From Phallusia mammillata (taxonomy: Eukaryota), in the NCBI GenBank assembly GCA_965637545.1, contig OZ281500.1:3720001-3784000 (forward strand): a stretch of 64,000 bases of DNA, given 5' to 3'. The notes beneath the pieces are model-generated. The model did no database searches. It was not told the DNA's origin and saw only the letters and a program-made list of their open reading frames with translations. Positions 1-13,429 of the stretch are shown here, piece by piece. Each line of letters begins with the position of its first letter. Position 1 is the first letter of the stretch. A program made the translations under genes and the position numbers.

Positions 1-521
1 TCAATGCATTGTTGATAGTATGATACCCTCACTCAGTGGCATGTCAAAGGGGGTCTATGAGTTTCAGGATTGTATGTTTGTGTTTGGACCCTCTTACACT
101 TATGGACAAAACACCATGCCACTTTATATTCTAAAACGAAATAGGCACCAAAACAATTATAGGTGTTTCATGCATTAATTACAAGCATGCAGCAGAATCC
201 AAGCACATTTTTGAGAGAAAGCAGGATTGTTATCAAAGAGCATCATTAGGGAATATCCCAAATTCAAATATTGGACAACCCCTTTTCAAGTTTTAGGCCC
301 CCCTGCATTTACTGGTTGATTGCTAAGAATTGATGATCAATCCTGCCTAAAAAATATTTAATGTGTAAATTGGACACGCAACATGTTTTGAAAGTTGTAG
401 GGTCAAATTTGTCTTTTAAATCTGTGATTTTAAGTGGCCAAGAGTACTCTATAATGTTTGCAATTAGGCTATTTTTTCCTTGAAATTTTGTTGTTTGTAA
501 ATAAATTGTAAAAAAATACAG

Positions 522-3500
522 GTCCAACCTACTCCTCTGGTGGAAGAAGTTGACACTGAGAGTGAAACAGTTGAAGAATCGGAAGAAAATCACGTGGAGG
601 AAAACTTACATGATGAACAGCTCGATAAAGGTATTTACAAAAGTTCACACATATATGCCAATGAACCATGCATACATAACCAATCTGTGCAGTACACTAA
701 TAACAAGCTTCATTTAGGAATAAGATGCAATTCGATCCTTGTTTATAATTGTAACACACACATGTTTGACACATATGGTTCTGTTTGCTGTAGCAAATCC
801 CTTTTAGTAATTTATCAAATTGAATCATTATGAACTGCATACACAGTGCACACTGTTTTGACTGATATGGTCTTATCTGTGCAGTTGGTGATAGATTGGC
901 TGTATGAGCTAATGTACCTTATGGCACTCCAGTTTGTCGGAAGTAACAGGCTTGGTCATTATTAATATTTTGTGTCACAATTTTGAAATATTGAATTTTT
1001 TAACAGAAAATGATGAGCCCCCGAGATCAACTACGCGACCGAGGCCTAAGATTGCAAAAGCCATTGTCAGACCTAAAGTCAAGAAACATCCACCAAGTGC
1101 CAGATCAAGTAAGTTTTCAGTGTGTACAAACTGACTTACAGCTATAAGATATCAATCATTTGAATGAAAATTTGTGATAGCTTCGTACAGTGGTTCTTGA
1201 CCGAAGATTAAATATTCCTTAAAGGGTAATTTGACCTATTTCTGTGGGGTAATCAGTTATTTAGTTCTATGACATCATCAGCTTCTGTGATGTCATGTTT
1301 TTTAATTTTAGCTGCTTCTGATACAATAATCGTATAAAAGGACATAAACTACTGGCTGAGTGGAATTATTTTATCCCATACCCATACTAATACCTCAATT
1401 AATTTATTGTTGCAAAAATTGTATCTTTGCTATTTTACTTCTAGGTTCAATGAAGAGGACTCATGCTAAAATCGGTGCAGCTTCCAACAATAGCTTAATG
1501 AAAACACCAAGTCCACCAAAACAAAAGGTAAATTGAAAAATATATTTCTGTTGCAAATTATCAATGTTCATATGAACGCAACAAAATCAGTGGTTGTTCA
1601 TTGGAAAAACACAAATTGCCTTAACTATTTTTGGTTACATTCATGGTACAGTGTCAGGCCGTACAATGATATTTTCGTAGTTACGCTGTTAACAAAACCT
1701 ACCCACCAGACTACAAAAATGTGTAAAGCAGCTTTTTGTAATGTTTCTGTGATGTGACCTAATGCGATCACAGCCCATGAAAAAAATGTTTAATAGACTT
1801 ATAGGTAAAACAAATTATGTGATTGCAATTGTTTATGGCCACTGGTAAATGCAAAAACCCTTAAAGTCATTAAAAAAGTTGAAAAAAACAATAATTTAAG
1901 ACAAACAACATCTGAAAAGTAATAATTTTGCGCCGACAGAAAATTGAATGGAACACTCCAGGAATGTCAAAATCCCTTCGATCGAAGGTAGATATCAGTT
2001 TGTCACTAGGTGCATGGGGTGTTCAAGTAGCAGCATGTCTTTAAAAGTAATTTTTGCATGAGCTTAACTCTGTCAGTACTGTGCTGTGTTTGGTCCTAAA
2101 CAGTGTCTTAGTTTATGGTTTTATTATTTCTGGTGTGGAAGATTGTCCTGTTCAACTGTTTTATATAGTTCCTCATGTTTAGTCACGATTAAATCATAAC
2201 CAGTATTGTATTGTTAAACTTAATTTTACGAACTCACTTAAAGCCTTATATAAGTTAATCACTAGTGATGGGACGATACCAGGTTTTGAAGCGACTACCG
2301 ATACCGAGTACGATTACCGAGTACTTAAGTGTAGTGTTGTACTTAGTTGTATAGCACTGGCTAATTTATCTGCCATGGTCGGGGTACAGGTGTGCACACA
2401 CACACATGCCGAAAAATGTAATCTCACGTGATAGCCAAAATGATATACGTAAACTGGCGGAACTTTTTTCCAATTTTGTGCTGTCCGAAGCAAATATTGA
2501 AGTTGCCCGTGTTCTTATAGAGTATCGATACCACTGAAATCGTTCGATACCGGGTACTCGTCCCATCACTATTCATCACCACCATTTCGTTAAAGTATAT
2601 TGTTTGTTATGCTGGTATAATATAGCTTCACGCCTATATAGGTTGGGAAATGTGTCTTTTCTTGGTTTAATCAAAGGCATGACAGTTTTAAATCACGTAA
2701 CAATCATTTGGTTGTGCATGGTAAATTTAAATCATGCTTCTCTCTATTGTTTAACAAAAACTTTTTGACGATAACATGCATGCTAGTAAACTGCCTACTT
2801 TGCAATTATAACGGACTGTAAATTGACTGTGAAGCCCCTATAAGATTGGGCCAATATACACTAAACATGTAAACTTGTAGTCTAAAACCAATTGTTTAGC
2901 CCAATTTAACTGAACAATTCAGTTAAGGAAAGAAATATTTTTACTATTGATTACATCTTGTTACTGAAACATCCAAGCAGTGAGTACAGTTGTAATGACA
3001 TTTTGTTCTGACAGTTGAATAATTTGGACAAATGGAATATAATGAAGTGACAAGCATACATCTCAAGCTGGCACAAAAGTTTTGCAATATTGGCGACTAA
3101 CATTAAATATCTGTGATAATTGTACTGACCAATATATTTGTAAATGAAAAACAGCATGCTTATTACTCATGTCATCATCAGTGATTTTAACCATCTTTTT
3201 TTCATGAGGAATAGGCAAATTCTTTCCTTAAGATTTAAAAATGCTTGCCCATTGATTGAAGTAAAATTCACTAAACTTAATCCCACTTGTTATGCAGAGA
3301 GCAAAGACAACATATTCTACTGGAAAGCATAATCGATCTACGGAGGCAAGTAGAGCTAAGCGCACACCAGTTCGAGCATCACCTGCTAATGTGCGATATG
3401 GTACTGCTCTTTCTCATGCTCAGTTCACTAACATCAACAACACATTAAAGTCGTTTATTCTGAGAAACACTCCAGAGAAAGTAAACAAAGAAGTGAGTAA

Positions 3501-6500
3501 CTATTTTGTTATTTGAAAGACTATACACTGGTCTGTTTAATATCACATGACATGAGCAATTGCCAAAATGTTGGAGTAATTAAGTATGTCGCTTTTTTTG
3601 CCTTATATTTGTAATTAAACATATTTCTGTATCTTGTTTGAAAATTAATTTCAGGGTTGTGAAGTCAGTTAAAAAAAATTGGACTATGAGTGAGTCATCC
3701 TTTAGAAATATTTGACCCAAAATTCAACCAAAAACAAAACCTCTATGTTGCCCTTGCAAAATTTATTGCTGTTTTCAGAAACATCATGATTTTAACTTGA
3801 CATGATTTAAAAAAACCTCTTGACTCCATACCGTGAATAAGTTTCTTCTTTTTGATTAATTTTTGTTTGCTCTTTTTTTAATTTCACTGATTTCTTTAAA
3901 GGCTGAACTTGAAGCTAAGAAGAAAATGTTGGAAGAAAAAACTAGGAAAGAAGAGGAACGACAAAAACAGATGGAGGAACATAAACAAGCTAAACTTCTT
4001 GAACAAAAAAGGTAAAAAAATCTGATTTCCTTTATGAATGTTGCTTTGGATTATTATTCCATTTCCGGATGGTTATGAGGGTTTGCAAAAGTTTTAGAAT
4101 CATCGAACTTTAATAAAAAAGAAAGTCATTGATGATATGTCCCTAAAAGTTTCTTAATACATGTGCATCTCATTAAGAACGTACCATTTTTGCCCATTGA
4201 TTAAATCCCACAACGGCTTTGGTAACAAGTATGAACTATTTTTGTTCCAGAAAACGGGAAGAGAGAGCAAAAAGAGCAAACCAGCTTCGAGAAGAACGTG
4301 AACGAGCAGAGCGTGAGAAACAAGATCAACTTCAAGATCGATGGAAACAAAAGATTGCTGATGCTGATCGATGCAAAAATCTTCGCAAAGTGGAGGAGGT
4401 TGCCAAGATGCAGAGCAAAATGGAAAAACTGGTTAGTGTTGTAATTAGTAGAAAATGGCAAGATGTTACTTTCCAAAGCAATTAGGTTTTAATGAGCAAA
4501 ATATTAAAATTTTTTGCAAAAAATGTTTTTAAAAATGGCTATTTTCATTGGACTAAGGTTGTAAACAAATTGTTTGCATGTGAAAATTCATGGTAACACA
4601 TCAGGCAAAAGCAAAAACTAAAATCCTATTTGTCGATCAGTGTATATACATTTGGTAAAGTTCAAATGCCTTCTGTAAACACCAGTAATTAAAAAAGCAA
4701 CCATCTGGGGTTTTTGTTGTGGCCAAACAGCCATTATATCATCTTAACTGCATTTAAACATTAAACTGATTTTAGGCCAAGGCAGAAGCAAGAAGGAAAG
4801 AAGAAGAATCAGAAAAACTGGTTCGATTAAAAGAACAGGTAACATTAGTTTGGTGGCACTGAGAAAACGAAAGCAAAATTTCTTTAAAATAAGGTCATTA
4901 CTCAAACAAAAAAAATGTTTGATCCACTTTAATTTTTTTAATTGCCATAATCAGTATCATTTTAGTTTTTAGCATCAAAACAAATCTACATTGCAAAAGA
5001 AATTGGGGTTTATATATAATGTTTTAGGCAATTAAGAAAAGTGTCAGTATGTCTGTTCTTGTAACCTCCAACAATCATTCTTTTAGGAGGAAGAAAGAGA
5101 AAAACGTTTGAAACAACATCAGAAAGAGAAGAAGCTTCTGGAAGAACTAAGACTAAAGGAGAAGTAATAAATAAAGTTGCATATTTTGTTACCAATCAAT
5201 TGTTTGTTTTTTTAATTGTACAAATATTGATACTGATACTATCATAATGTTTATTTTTGTAAATGATCTTTTACATGTTTATTGGAAATTTTCAAATTTA
5301 TTTTTAACCACACTGCCTGACCAGGATTGATAAGTGGACATTTATGTTAACAAGGAGACAAGAGGAGAAGAGAGAAGAGCAAAGGAGGCTGGAAGAAGAA
5401 AGAATTCAGGTATGTTGTGTGTTTATTTTTGGTGCTGCTTGTATTTTTTAGGATTCTCTAGATCAGGGTGGCCTTTTGGGGCAATAAGCGCGGCATTCGA
5501 TGTCCAAACGCATTCAAAGATCTTGACGTGGCATGCAGTATCAGTCAATGAGAAATAAGTTGAAATGCCACTTTTATTCACCTTTGTTTTCTTTCTTACA
5601 TTACTATTTAATTGGTTCTAGACCAGCAGTTTTCACACTAGTTTTTTTCGTAGGACTGCCAAGAGCTCAAGGCTCAACAACCTTCTTCGTGTTGCAAATT
5701 AAGCAAATGTTTGCGCATAATGTAATAATTTTGATTTGTCTGTGACGTAACAAGCTTGTCTCAGATCATTAATATGCGCAAACAAACGAACTTGTAGGTA
5801 CAGCAAATCCTTAATGTTGTAGTGGGAAATTTATTTAGGTTTAACATTACACTCACCTTGGACCGTGCTATTCAGAAAAATTACAAAGTGACTATTATGT
5901 AAATCGAAATGTTTGGAAACAATTGTCATAAATCTGACAATTAGTCGATGCTGCCTACATGAGTGCCGGTGAAAATTTGGGTGGCTTTATCAATTAAAAG
6001 CTTCTCACCCATGCTCTAGATGCCTATTACTTGAAATATATGCACCTTTAAAAAATTTGTTCCATACTTACAGCAACAAAAACTGGAAGAGCAAAGGTTG
6101 GCAGAAGAAGAAGAGAAATTAAGGAGGAAGAGAGAGCAAGAGGAGCATGAGAGGGCGAGGAGGAAAAGAGAACTTGAAGCTGCTACAGAGGTGGCTGCGA
6201 AAAAGAAGAAACAAGAAGAGATGAAAAAACTTACTGTAAGTTGATGCTCATGTAATGTTTTCAGAAGAAAAATTTTTGGAAAAGCCAGTGTTTTTCTGCA
6301 ATGCCCTGACTTTTAATATTTATACGACATAACCACAAAAATATTGTGTTGCCATAAACACACAATAGGTCTATTGAGCATTTTCAAGAATTATTACTTC
6401 TAAGGAGATACACTGACTGTAACTGAAATTCACAAGTTTTATCATTGCAATTGACAAGGAAGCGAATTTGCACCTTGTAAAGCCTGCATAGGTTTTGCTG

Positions 6501-9500
6501 ATATTGTTTTGGATATGCTTTTTGTTAGGAATGGGCAAAAACTACAAATGGTCTGTTTGTTTAAACATGGCATCTCATGTTAATGCTCGTTGCATTGTGA
6601 CGTCACAAACATTCCTAATTCCACACTAGGTTTGTAGCTTTCCAAGGTCTCTTACGTCACCAGCAGTATATTAAACTGTACAGGCCCCAGAAGTACACGT
6701 TTTTCCACCAACTAACGCATCTAAAAACAGTTATTTTGTTCTGTGATACCCTTTCAATCTAGTTGATATTCCCCCAAGATTTCAAAATACATCATCATAA
6801 TTTTTGTTTAATTTGGATGCAGGAGCAAAGAGAAGAAGCTCGCAAAGAGAGGGAAGCTGCTCGTCAGAGGAGGATGGAGGAAAAGCGGCTCGCTAAAGAG
6901 GAGGAGAAGAGGCAGAAGGAGGAGCAAAAGAGAATTAAAGAGGCAGAAAAGAGAGCTCGTGAAGAGGAGAAACGAATCAGGGAAGAGCAGCTTATGCAGG
7001 TTGGTAAATTCCATGCAAAAGTGAAACTTACAAAATATATTTTTATTAGTACTTAAGATTAAAATTGTTTCTGAAACCTTTGAAACAATAGGCTTGCTTT
7101 TGTACGCAATGTTCATCGATATACTTTAAAATTCACTTGTTTTTTTATGTTTTTGAACACTAACTATCCTCTTTGCCTTATTTAATTTCCCAATATATTA
7201 CAAGCTAAAGTTTCTCACAAATAAAGAGGAACTTAGTGGCAAAACTAACTGACCTCATGTTTTTTCACCATAGCAACAAGAAAAGGAAAGGCGAGAGGAG
7301 GCTCAGCAAATCGCACAAGAAAAACTAGAGGTGTGTACTGGCAAAAACACAGCTTGGGTTCCCAAAAAAAAATGCCCAAATGGATGTCGTATTATTGAAT
7401 CTCTTGTGTAGCGGTGTAATACTTACATTAATGAAGATTTCTGTTTGCTTTGTAATACATGTTTGTTTAACTCTTGCTGTGTAAGTTATGTTTAAGATAA
7501 GGGTAAGTCACCCATTTTTGGGGGTTTTGAATCTGTGTTATCTGTATGGATCTATACTTTCCACTTAAGGAATCAAATTTCTTGTATATGTAACTGCAGG
7601 CAGAGAAGGAAGCTCGTCGCCAAGCTGCCAGGCAAAAGAAAGAACTTCTGCGACAAAAAATTGAGGCTGAACGGAGACTCCGAGAGGAAGAAGAAAAACA
7701 AGTAAGAATCCCATTTTACGTACAAATTGATTTGGTTCTTTCCTCCTAATGATTAGATTATTAATATATCTAGCTGTGTGTGTGTAACTTCAGTGTTCTC
7801 ACCCTTTTCTGGTTTCCAAAATCTTAAATTTCCATTGAAAGCTGTATTAGGGCTCAAATAAGATAACTGGATTTAGTTCTTAACACCATTCTATGCCAGT
7901 GGCTGTATACTGCCAGGTGTGTGGCCAGTTGCGATCCTACGATAGAACATAATGTAGAACACCTAAAACATCATTCAAATAACAGGACACTTGGGTTGAT
8001 AACCAATGGATTTTTTAGTGTTTTTGCTGTTTTACAAAACTGTTTAACAATGACAATAGGGTAAAGTGACAATGCGAATGAAACTTGACAAATTTAAGTG
8101 GAGAGTTGGTAATTATTGTCTTAACTATGATGCTTGTTCGCACCCCTGATACACAAATAACAGCCAAGGGTAATGTGACCTCCTGGTTTTAAACGAATAC
8201 ATAAATACAGAGCAAAACTATTGCTAGTGTAACCACTGGTTTACAATTTTATTTTTTGCACAGAAACGAATTCGTGAAGAACAAGAAAGACGAAGAATCA
8301 TGCAGCACGAAAAAGCAGAAATGGAAAGAAAAATCAAGGTAATTTAGTTTCTAAGTTTGCGTCAATACTTCTGTGCAATGAGCATTTTTTTCATTAGTGT
8401 GATAGCCGATATGGCATAACGAAACTCACTGATTAAAACAGAAAAAAAAGTGTGAATGATTTTTTAAAATTTGAAACAGCTTACTTAAATCAGTGCATGT
8501 GCAGATTTTGAAAGACCAACTTTTCTTAAAATGCCTAAACTTTGAAAGTTGGGAAAGCTACAATAAGATATACAGTGGTACAAACTAGTGATGCACCGAA
8601 GTTTCGGTTGGCCGAAACATTTCGGCCGAATCCGTTGTTTTCCAATGTTTCGGTTTCGGCCCGAACTTTTTTGAAAATTCGGCCGAAACCGAACTTTTTT
8701 GTTGTATGGAATTAAAGCCTTAAATTTCATTTTCGATCATACGAAACATCATAAATTAACTATTTGTTGTATTTATAAATTACGAGCCACGTTGTCTGCA
8801 AAATATTATAAGTTTAGCAAAGCTTATGCATTGTGAAAGTTATTTTGGTTTGTCATAATTGAGGTCACTCGCATCAACAACACAAGTTTCAGTTGAAAAC
8901 ATCCATAAGAATGGGGATTTTAGGTTCAGCCTGATTCGGCCGAAATTATTCGGCCTCAAGGCCGAATATTCGGTTTCGGCCCGAACCTTTTTAGGCGGGT
9001 TCGGTGCATCACTAGTACAAACTTAACCTGATCCATACAGTGGTACAAACTTAACCTGGTCCATTTCTTGTATACTTCATTTTACTTGCCATCATTGTAC
9101 TATTATCACAGAAATTTCAAGCTGACAAATATGTTTTATTTTGTAGGAAGCTGAAAAGGCAAAACAAATGCAACTCAACTCGACTTACACTGCAACAGCA
9201 CATTCCAGTGTCCTTGAGGTTTGTATTAAGTTTAAATTAGGTTTACTATATCTGCATGAGCAAAATTCCTGGCACAAAAAATATCTTAGGCAACACCAAA
9301 CTTGTGTTATATAGCAAATTGTGAACTATCACAGAGATTGAAGGCGCAGTTTTGTTCTGCAATCCGGTCAAAATAACTTAATTGCAATTCATGCGGATTA
9401 GTTGTTTTGCATGTATGTTGGTTGCATCTTGCACTCAAGAAAAACACAGAAAACGGTTAAACCTTTCCTAAGGAAGTCCTTAAAATAATTTGAGAAATAA

Positions 9501-10756
9501 GTTAGGCTACTAATCGCTAAAATTTCATACACTCAGTGTTTTTGGAAATTATTTCTGGACACAAATTTTATACCCAAAATACAAAATGTCTGGCAAACCT
9601 AGGTAGTATTTCTTGTATATTGGTAACACTTCTGTTGTTTGAAAATAGAAAGATATGTTTTATCGCAAGAGGAACATAGAACAGACCTTAACACAACCAA
9701 CTTACAAAACAACTACTTTCAACCTGTTTCCAGGATTCTCATAACAACTACAACATGACCCCTAGAGGACCAGATCGCCCCCTTCTACCTTCCACCACCA
9801 CTGATTATGTGATTGCTGATTTGAAAAGTGACGATAGCACCGATAATGAAGATGAACCAAAGAAACCAATCCCCACCTGGGCTAAAAGTATGACCTTTTT
9901 TCAAATCATATATTTCAAAGTGTTTTCTCTTCATGCTGATAAATACATATATAGCAGCGTTCTTAACCCTAGCTACAAGCTGTATTCTGGGGGCACAGGT
10001 GTAGGGTCACTAGGTACGCAAGCACTGCTCAATGTGTTGATGTAATGTTTATACTGTTCGTCGTTTTTAGCAGTAATTAATACTTATCCTTGTAAATTCT
10101 TGACTATAAGTGAGTTTTTCAGTTGCTTTTTTTAAAGAAGAGGGAGGGTCCTAAGAGGTTACTTAAGGGAGGGCTGGTCCTCAAGGTTAAGGGGGGACTT
10201 GTCCTGAAGTGGGCCATGCTCTATGAAGAACCACTGGTATATAGCATGGTACTTTAGAAGAGAAGTTGGCAACTCAGGTGACATGGCCAACTATAGAAAA
10301 ACTTGTATATCTTTAATGGTTTTGCAAGGTTTTTTGCGTCCCATATGTTATAGTATGCTATATGTTATATTTTTAGTACCACTATTTAATGAATAAGCAT
10401 TTTCGATGCTACTCAAAGTACATGAAAATTCATGCGGACCCCATTGTTTTTTCAGTGTCTGTTCGGTGCCGTAATTCCAATGTAGATAAAGTCATTGTAG
10501 GTACAAAAGCTTTCATAATGTTTGATTTTATTTTTTAGGTTCTGCCTTGAACTTGGCATTGATTCAACAGCACCATAATGACCTGTCATCAGCTGATGAA
10601 GTTTTTAAAGGATTACTTCAACCAGTCAGTCTCTCTGATCTCTTTCCCAACAAAATAAAGGCCCGTTATTTTAAGCGAACGAGCTCAGCGCATTGGACCT
10701 CTCCTATTCGACCTCCGGGGTATACAAGCTTCACCAGCCAATGTAAAGGATTTTAA
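522..10756 (+). CDS. INCENP: Inner centromere protein INCENP, 5'-truncated by the window edge; 18 coding exons seen
   Basis: Phase-consistent GT-AG exons: 522-630, 1007-1108, 1445-1527, 1940-1987, 3298-3492, 3902-4011, 4251-4431, 4776-4838, 5087-5163, 5355-5409, 6074-6235, 6823-6999, 7274-7330, 7600-7701, 8264-8338, 9147-9218, 9734-9887, 10539-10756(stop). Long E/R/K-rich single-alpha-helix region followed by the IN-box: DYVIADLKSDDSTDNEDEPKKPIPTWAKS...LSDLFPNKIKARYFKRTSSAHWTSP, matching the remembered vertebrate IN-box pattern (DLNSDDSTDDE..P.KPIPTWA...RY.KRTSSA.W.SP). Confidence 0.95.
2263..2571. mobile_element. hAT-type MITE (309 bp) in an INCENP intron
   Basis: TIRs TAGTGATGGGACGA / TCGTCCCATCACTA; 8-bp TSD ttaatcac / ttcatcac (7/8); subterminal CCGATAC/CCGAGTAC repeats. 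Confidence 0.85.
8586..9014. mobile_element. hAT-type MITE (429 bp) in an INCENP intron
   Basis: TIRs TAGTGATGCACCGAA / TTCGGTGCATCACTA; perfect 8-bp TSD gtacaaac (8578-8585, 9015-9022); many CCGAA/TTCGG subterminal motifs. Confidence 0.92.
9955..10236. mobile_element. hAT (Buster-like) MITE (282 bp) in an INCENP intron
   Basis: Ends CAGCGTTCTTAAC / GAAGAACCACTG; TSD atatatag / gtatatag (7/8). Confidence 0.7.
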
Positions 10757-11728
10757 TGCTGTACTTCAACCTAAATGTGTTTTAACCATCAAAGAGTTGT
10801 TTTACAAAAGGCAGTACCGCCAATTTTTTTTGACAAACTGTAAATTAGAGAATTGCTACTGTTACTGCAGCATGCTTAATATAATCATCACATGAATCTG
10901 CAGAAATGTCTTTGGTGAAAGCACGCTTGTGTGTTGCTCTGCATTTTTTCTATCTTGCTTCTGTTGGATGATAACATTTTAACTGTTTTTATTTTGTTTA
11001 TTTTAGTAAATAATTTTCAGTTCTGTGGTGATTTTTAGGCTACCCTATGTGGACCATGGTCTTTTAGTTAACAACTTACCTGTGTCAAAAATATGTCAGT
11101 AATTTATGAGTCAACTCACCTACTGAACTTTCATGTATTATGTTTTTTGGTCGCTTTTGTAAATAAACTTTCTTTGCATAAAAAGCTAACATTAAAGTAA
11201 TTTGTGAAGACCCCTATTCTCTCCTAAGAGTAACATTATCCAATTAATCTGGTAAGATCAGTATCAACTAAGAAAACAGTAACTTTTTCTAGAAAATAAC
11301 AAACCTGTCAATATTTTGCTCAATATGTTTTTTATGCTTCCTTTGTACCAGTGGGTCCCTAAGGGTCTGTGGATGGAAAAACTTAAAAATTCCACATCAT
11401 GTCAACTGTATATACCAGGGTCCCAAAATTTGGCACTTTTTTTGAAAAAGGTATAAAACCTACAAAAAGGTTAAAAAACAGATGCTTTTTTGAATCAAAT
11501 AAGCTGATATTTACCTTGCAAAACTGGCAACTTGCAAAAAGAAATGAATATAAGCACTGTTCTAATCAAAAAGTAAGCAATATGGTTGCAAAGTTGTGGC
11601 TCTGCAACTTCCAACATTAAACAAAATACCAACAAATCATGCATTCACTAAGAATGTTCTTACCAAATGCATCAACAACCACTTCCAAAATAACAAAAAA
11701 ATATAACACCAATTTTATAAAAACACTG

Positions 11729-11986
11729 TTATGTCGGAGATGAATCGCTGCTGCTTTCGGAGTCATTTTTAGGTTTGTCTTTAAATTCAAATTGAAGGTG
11801 TTTCAGATAAGGTGACTTGCTCAGTTCACGGACCTTATCGTAGCGCCCTTCTATGTCTAATTTCTTCATTTCCCGTAACAGTTGTGCCTCTTTAATGCTG
11901 GGGTAAGCTACATAGTAACTTGCCAGTAACCCACAGCCACCAGCTACAAGCATACGCAGTGTATGGGCGAATTCTTGACTTAGCAT
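11729..11986 (-). CDS. 85-aa single-pass membrane microprotein (PIGBOS1-like layout, unconfirmed)
   Basis: ATG-initiated ORF MLSQEFAHTLRMLVAGGCGLLASYYVAYPSIKEAQLLREMKKLDIEGRYDKVRELSKSP...; one hydrophobic segment followed by a charged tail; strong polypyrimidine acceptor (ttctttgttcttttccag) 14 nt upstream of the ATG; higher GC than flanks. Confidence 0.65.
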   Translation of the reverse strand: MLSQEFAHTLRMLVAGGCGLLASYYVAYPSIKEAQLLREMKKLDIEGRYDKVRELSKSPYLKHLQFEFKDKPKNDSESSSDSSPT

Positions 11987-12944
11987 TTGTGATTAATGCC
12001 CTGGAAAAGAACAAAGAATTGTTAACAACAGTTTTATGGCTACAACTGTGCGCTGAATGTCTTAAGAACAATACTTTGTTACAAACCATTAAGTATTATA
12101 TCCTAACACTGCAAGGGTTTGCAATATGTGGCCTGTGGGCCCAATTTAACCCATTAAATATAGGTTGTACAGGTTGCAGAGATGTTTGGATTTTAAATAA
12201 GGCATGGCCAACTTCTTGAATTTAACAGCCAAGTAACATTTGAACATATACAAAACGTTGTCGCAATACTTAACCTAACTGAAATATAAAAAACAGTGGC
12301 TGTCAAAACTGTCAATCCTACAGAATGACAAGGTGGCCACCCCTGCCCTATTCGATTGATCACAAAATAGAGAATCAATTTTCAAGTTGTAAATTTATGA
12401 TTGGGTTAGTCAGCCTTTAATATGTTACGTCGTTTAATCAAAACCGAGTGTATCATGTCGCATATTACTAATGTTTTTAAGCAAAAAATGGAAATAAAGT
12501 TATCATCCATTCTAGAAATCCTAAATGCGCAGTTCGGATTGGAATCGATTATAATGCAACCTTTTCTAAATAAAATAAAACATAAGTTTGATACTAAACA
12601 AACTTAATCAGCGAATTTTCTTGCTCAAAAAACAAACAATCTAGTAAGTTTTTTTGGCTTTCTTGAAAATCGGAAATCCCCCAAACCAAACACTAATAGA
12701 AAACATAAATATATATTTTCTAAGTGTGTTGAGGGCATAAACTTTAAAGCAGCAAAAAGTTTCAATATAGTTTAGATTCCGGCGATGAAATGTGCAATAT
12801 CAAACGGATTAAGAATGAGGCACAAATATTGATTTGAGCAACGAGGTTGTGAGAAACTTTTTTCACGGGCTTCGAACAGAAGCCGCCGACGGGGACGAAT
12901 CCCGATCAGGTTCTTTATGTTTGCATATTGATAAGGCATGCTTG

Positions 12945-13223
12945 CAGTGGCGTAGGCAGCCGAAAATTTTGGAAGGGGCCCAAATCATATGTTGTCCAGT
13001 ACCGATTTTTGCTAACGCTCGGCGTAAAGGCCATGTTTGCATAAATATATAAAAAGCATGGATTTTGTCTAACGACTTGGCGAAAACAGTCATCTTTGGT
13101 AAGTTATATATTCCTTTGACAGTTAAGAGACGAAACTACACTAAATTCAAGTTTCTTAATATACAACTTTAAAAATTTGGGAGGGGCCATGGCCCCTTTA
13201 ACCCCTTCCTGGCTACGCCACTG
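12945..13223. mobile_element. MITE (279 bp) with 8-bp TSD, hAT-like
   Basis: TIRs CAGTGGCGTAGGCAG / CTGGCTACGCCACTG (14/15); perfect TSD catgcttg (12937-12944, 13224-13231). Confidence 0.92.
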
Positions 13224-13429
13224 CATGCTTGTGTTTAGCACAGTTTGAAAACCCACAAACGAAAGCGTGGACACAAAATAAAAATGGAATCATTTTCAGG
13301 TTCAGATTATAACGGTATGTCTGCACTAGGCCTATCTGCAGTAGGCCTACTAAAAAAAATCTTTCGATGCTTTATCCCTTGTCCCGCATACCTTAATGCG
13401 TTTATCGAGCGGACGGTCGCACCTCCCAA

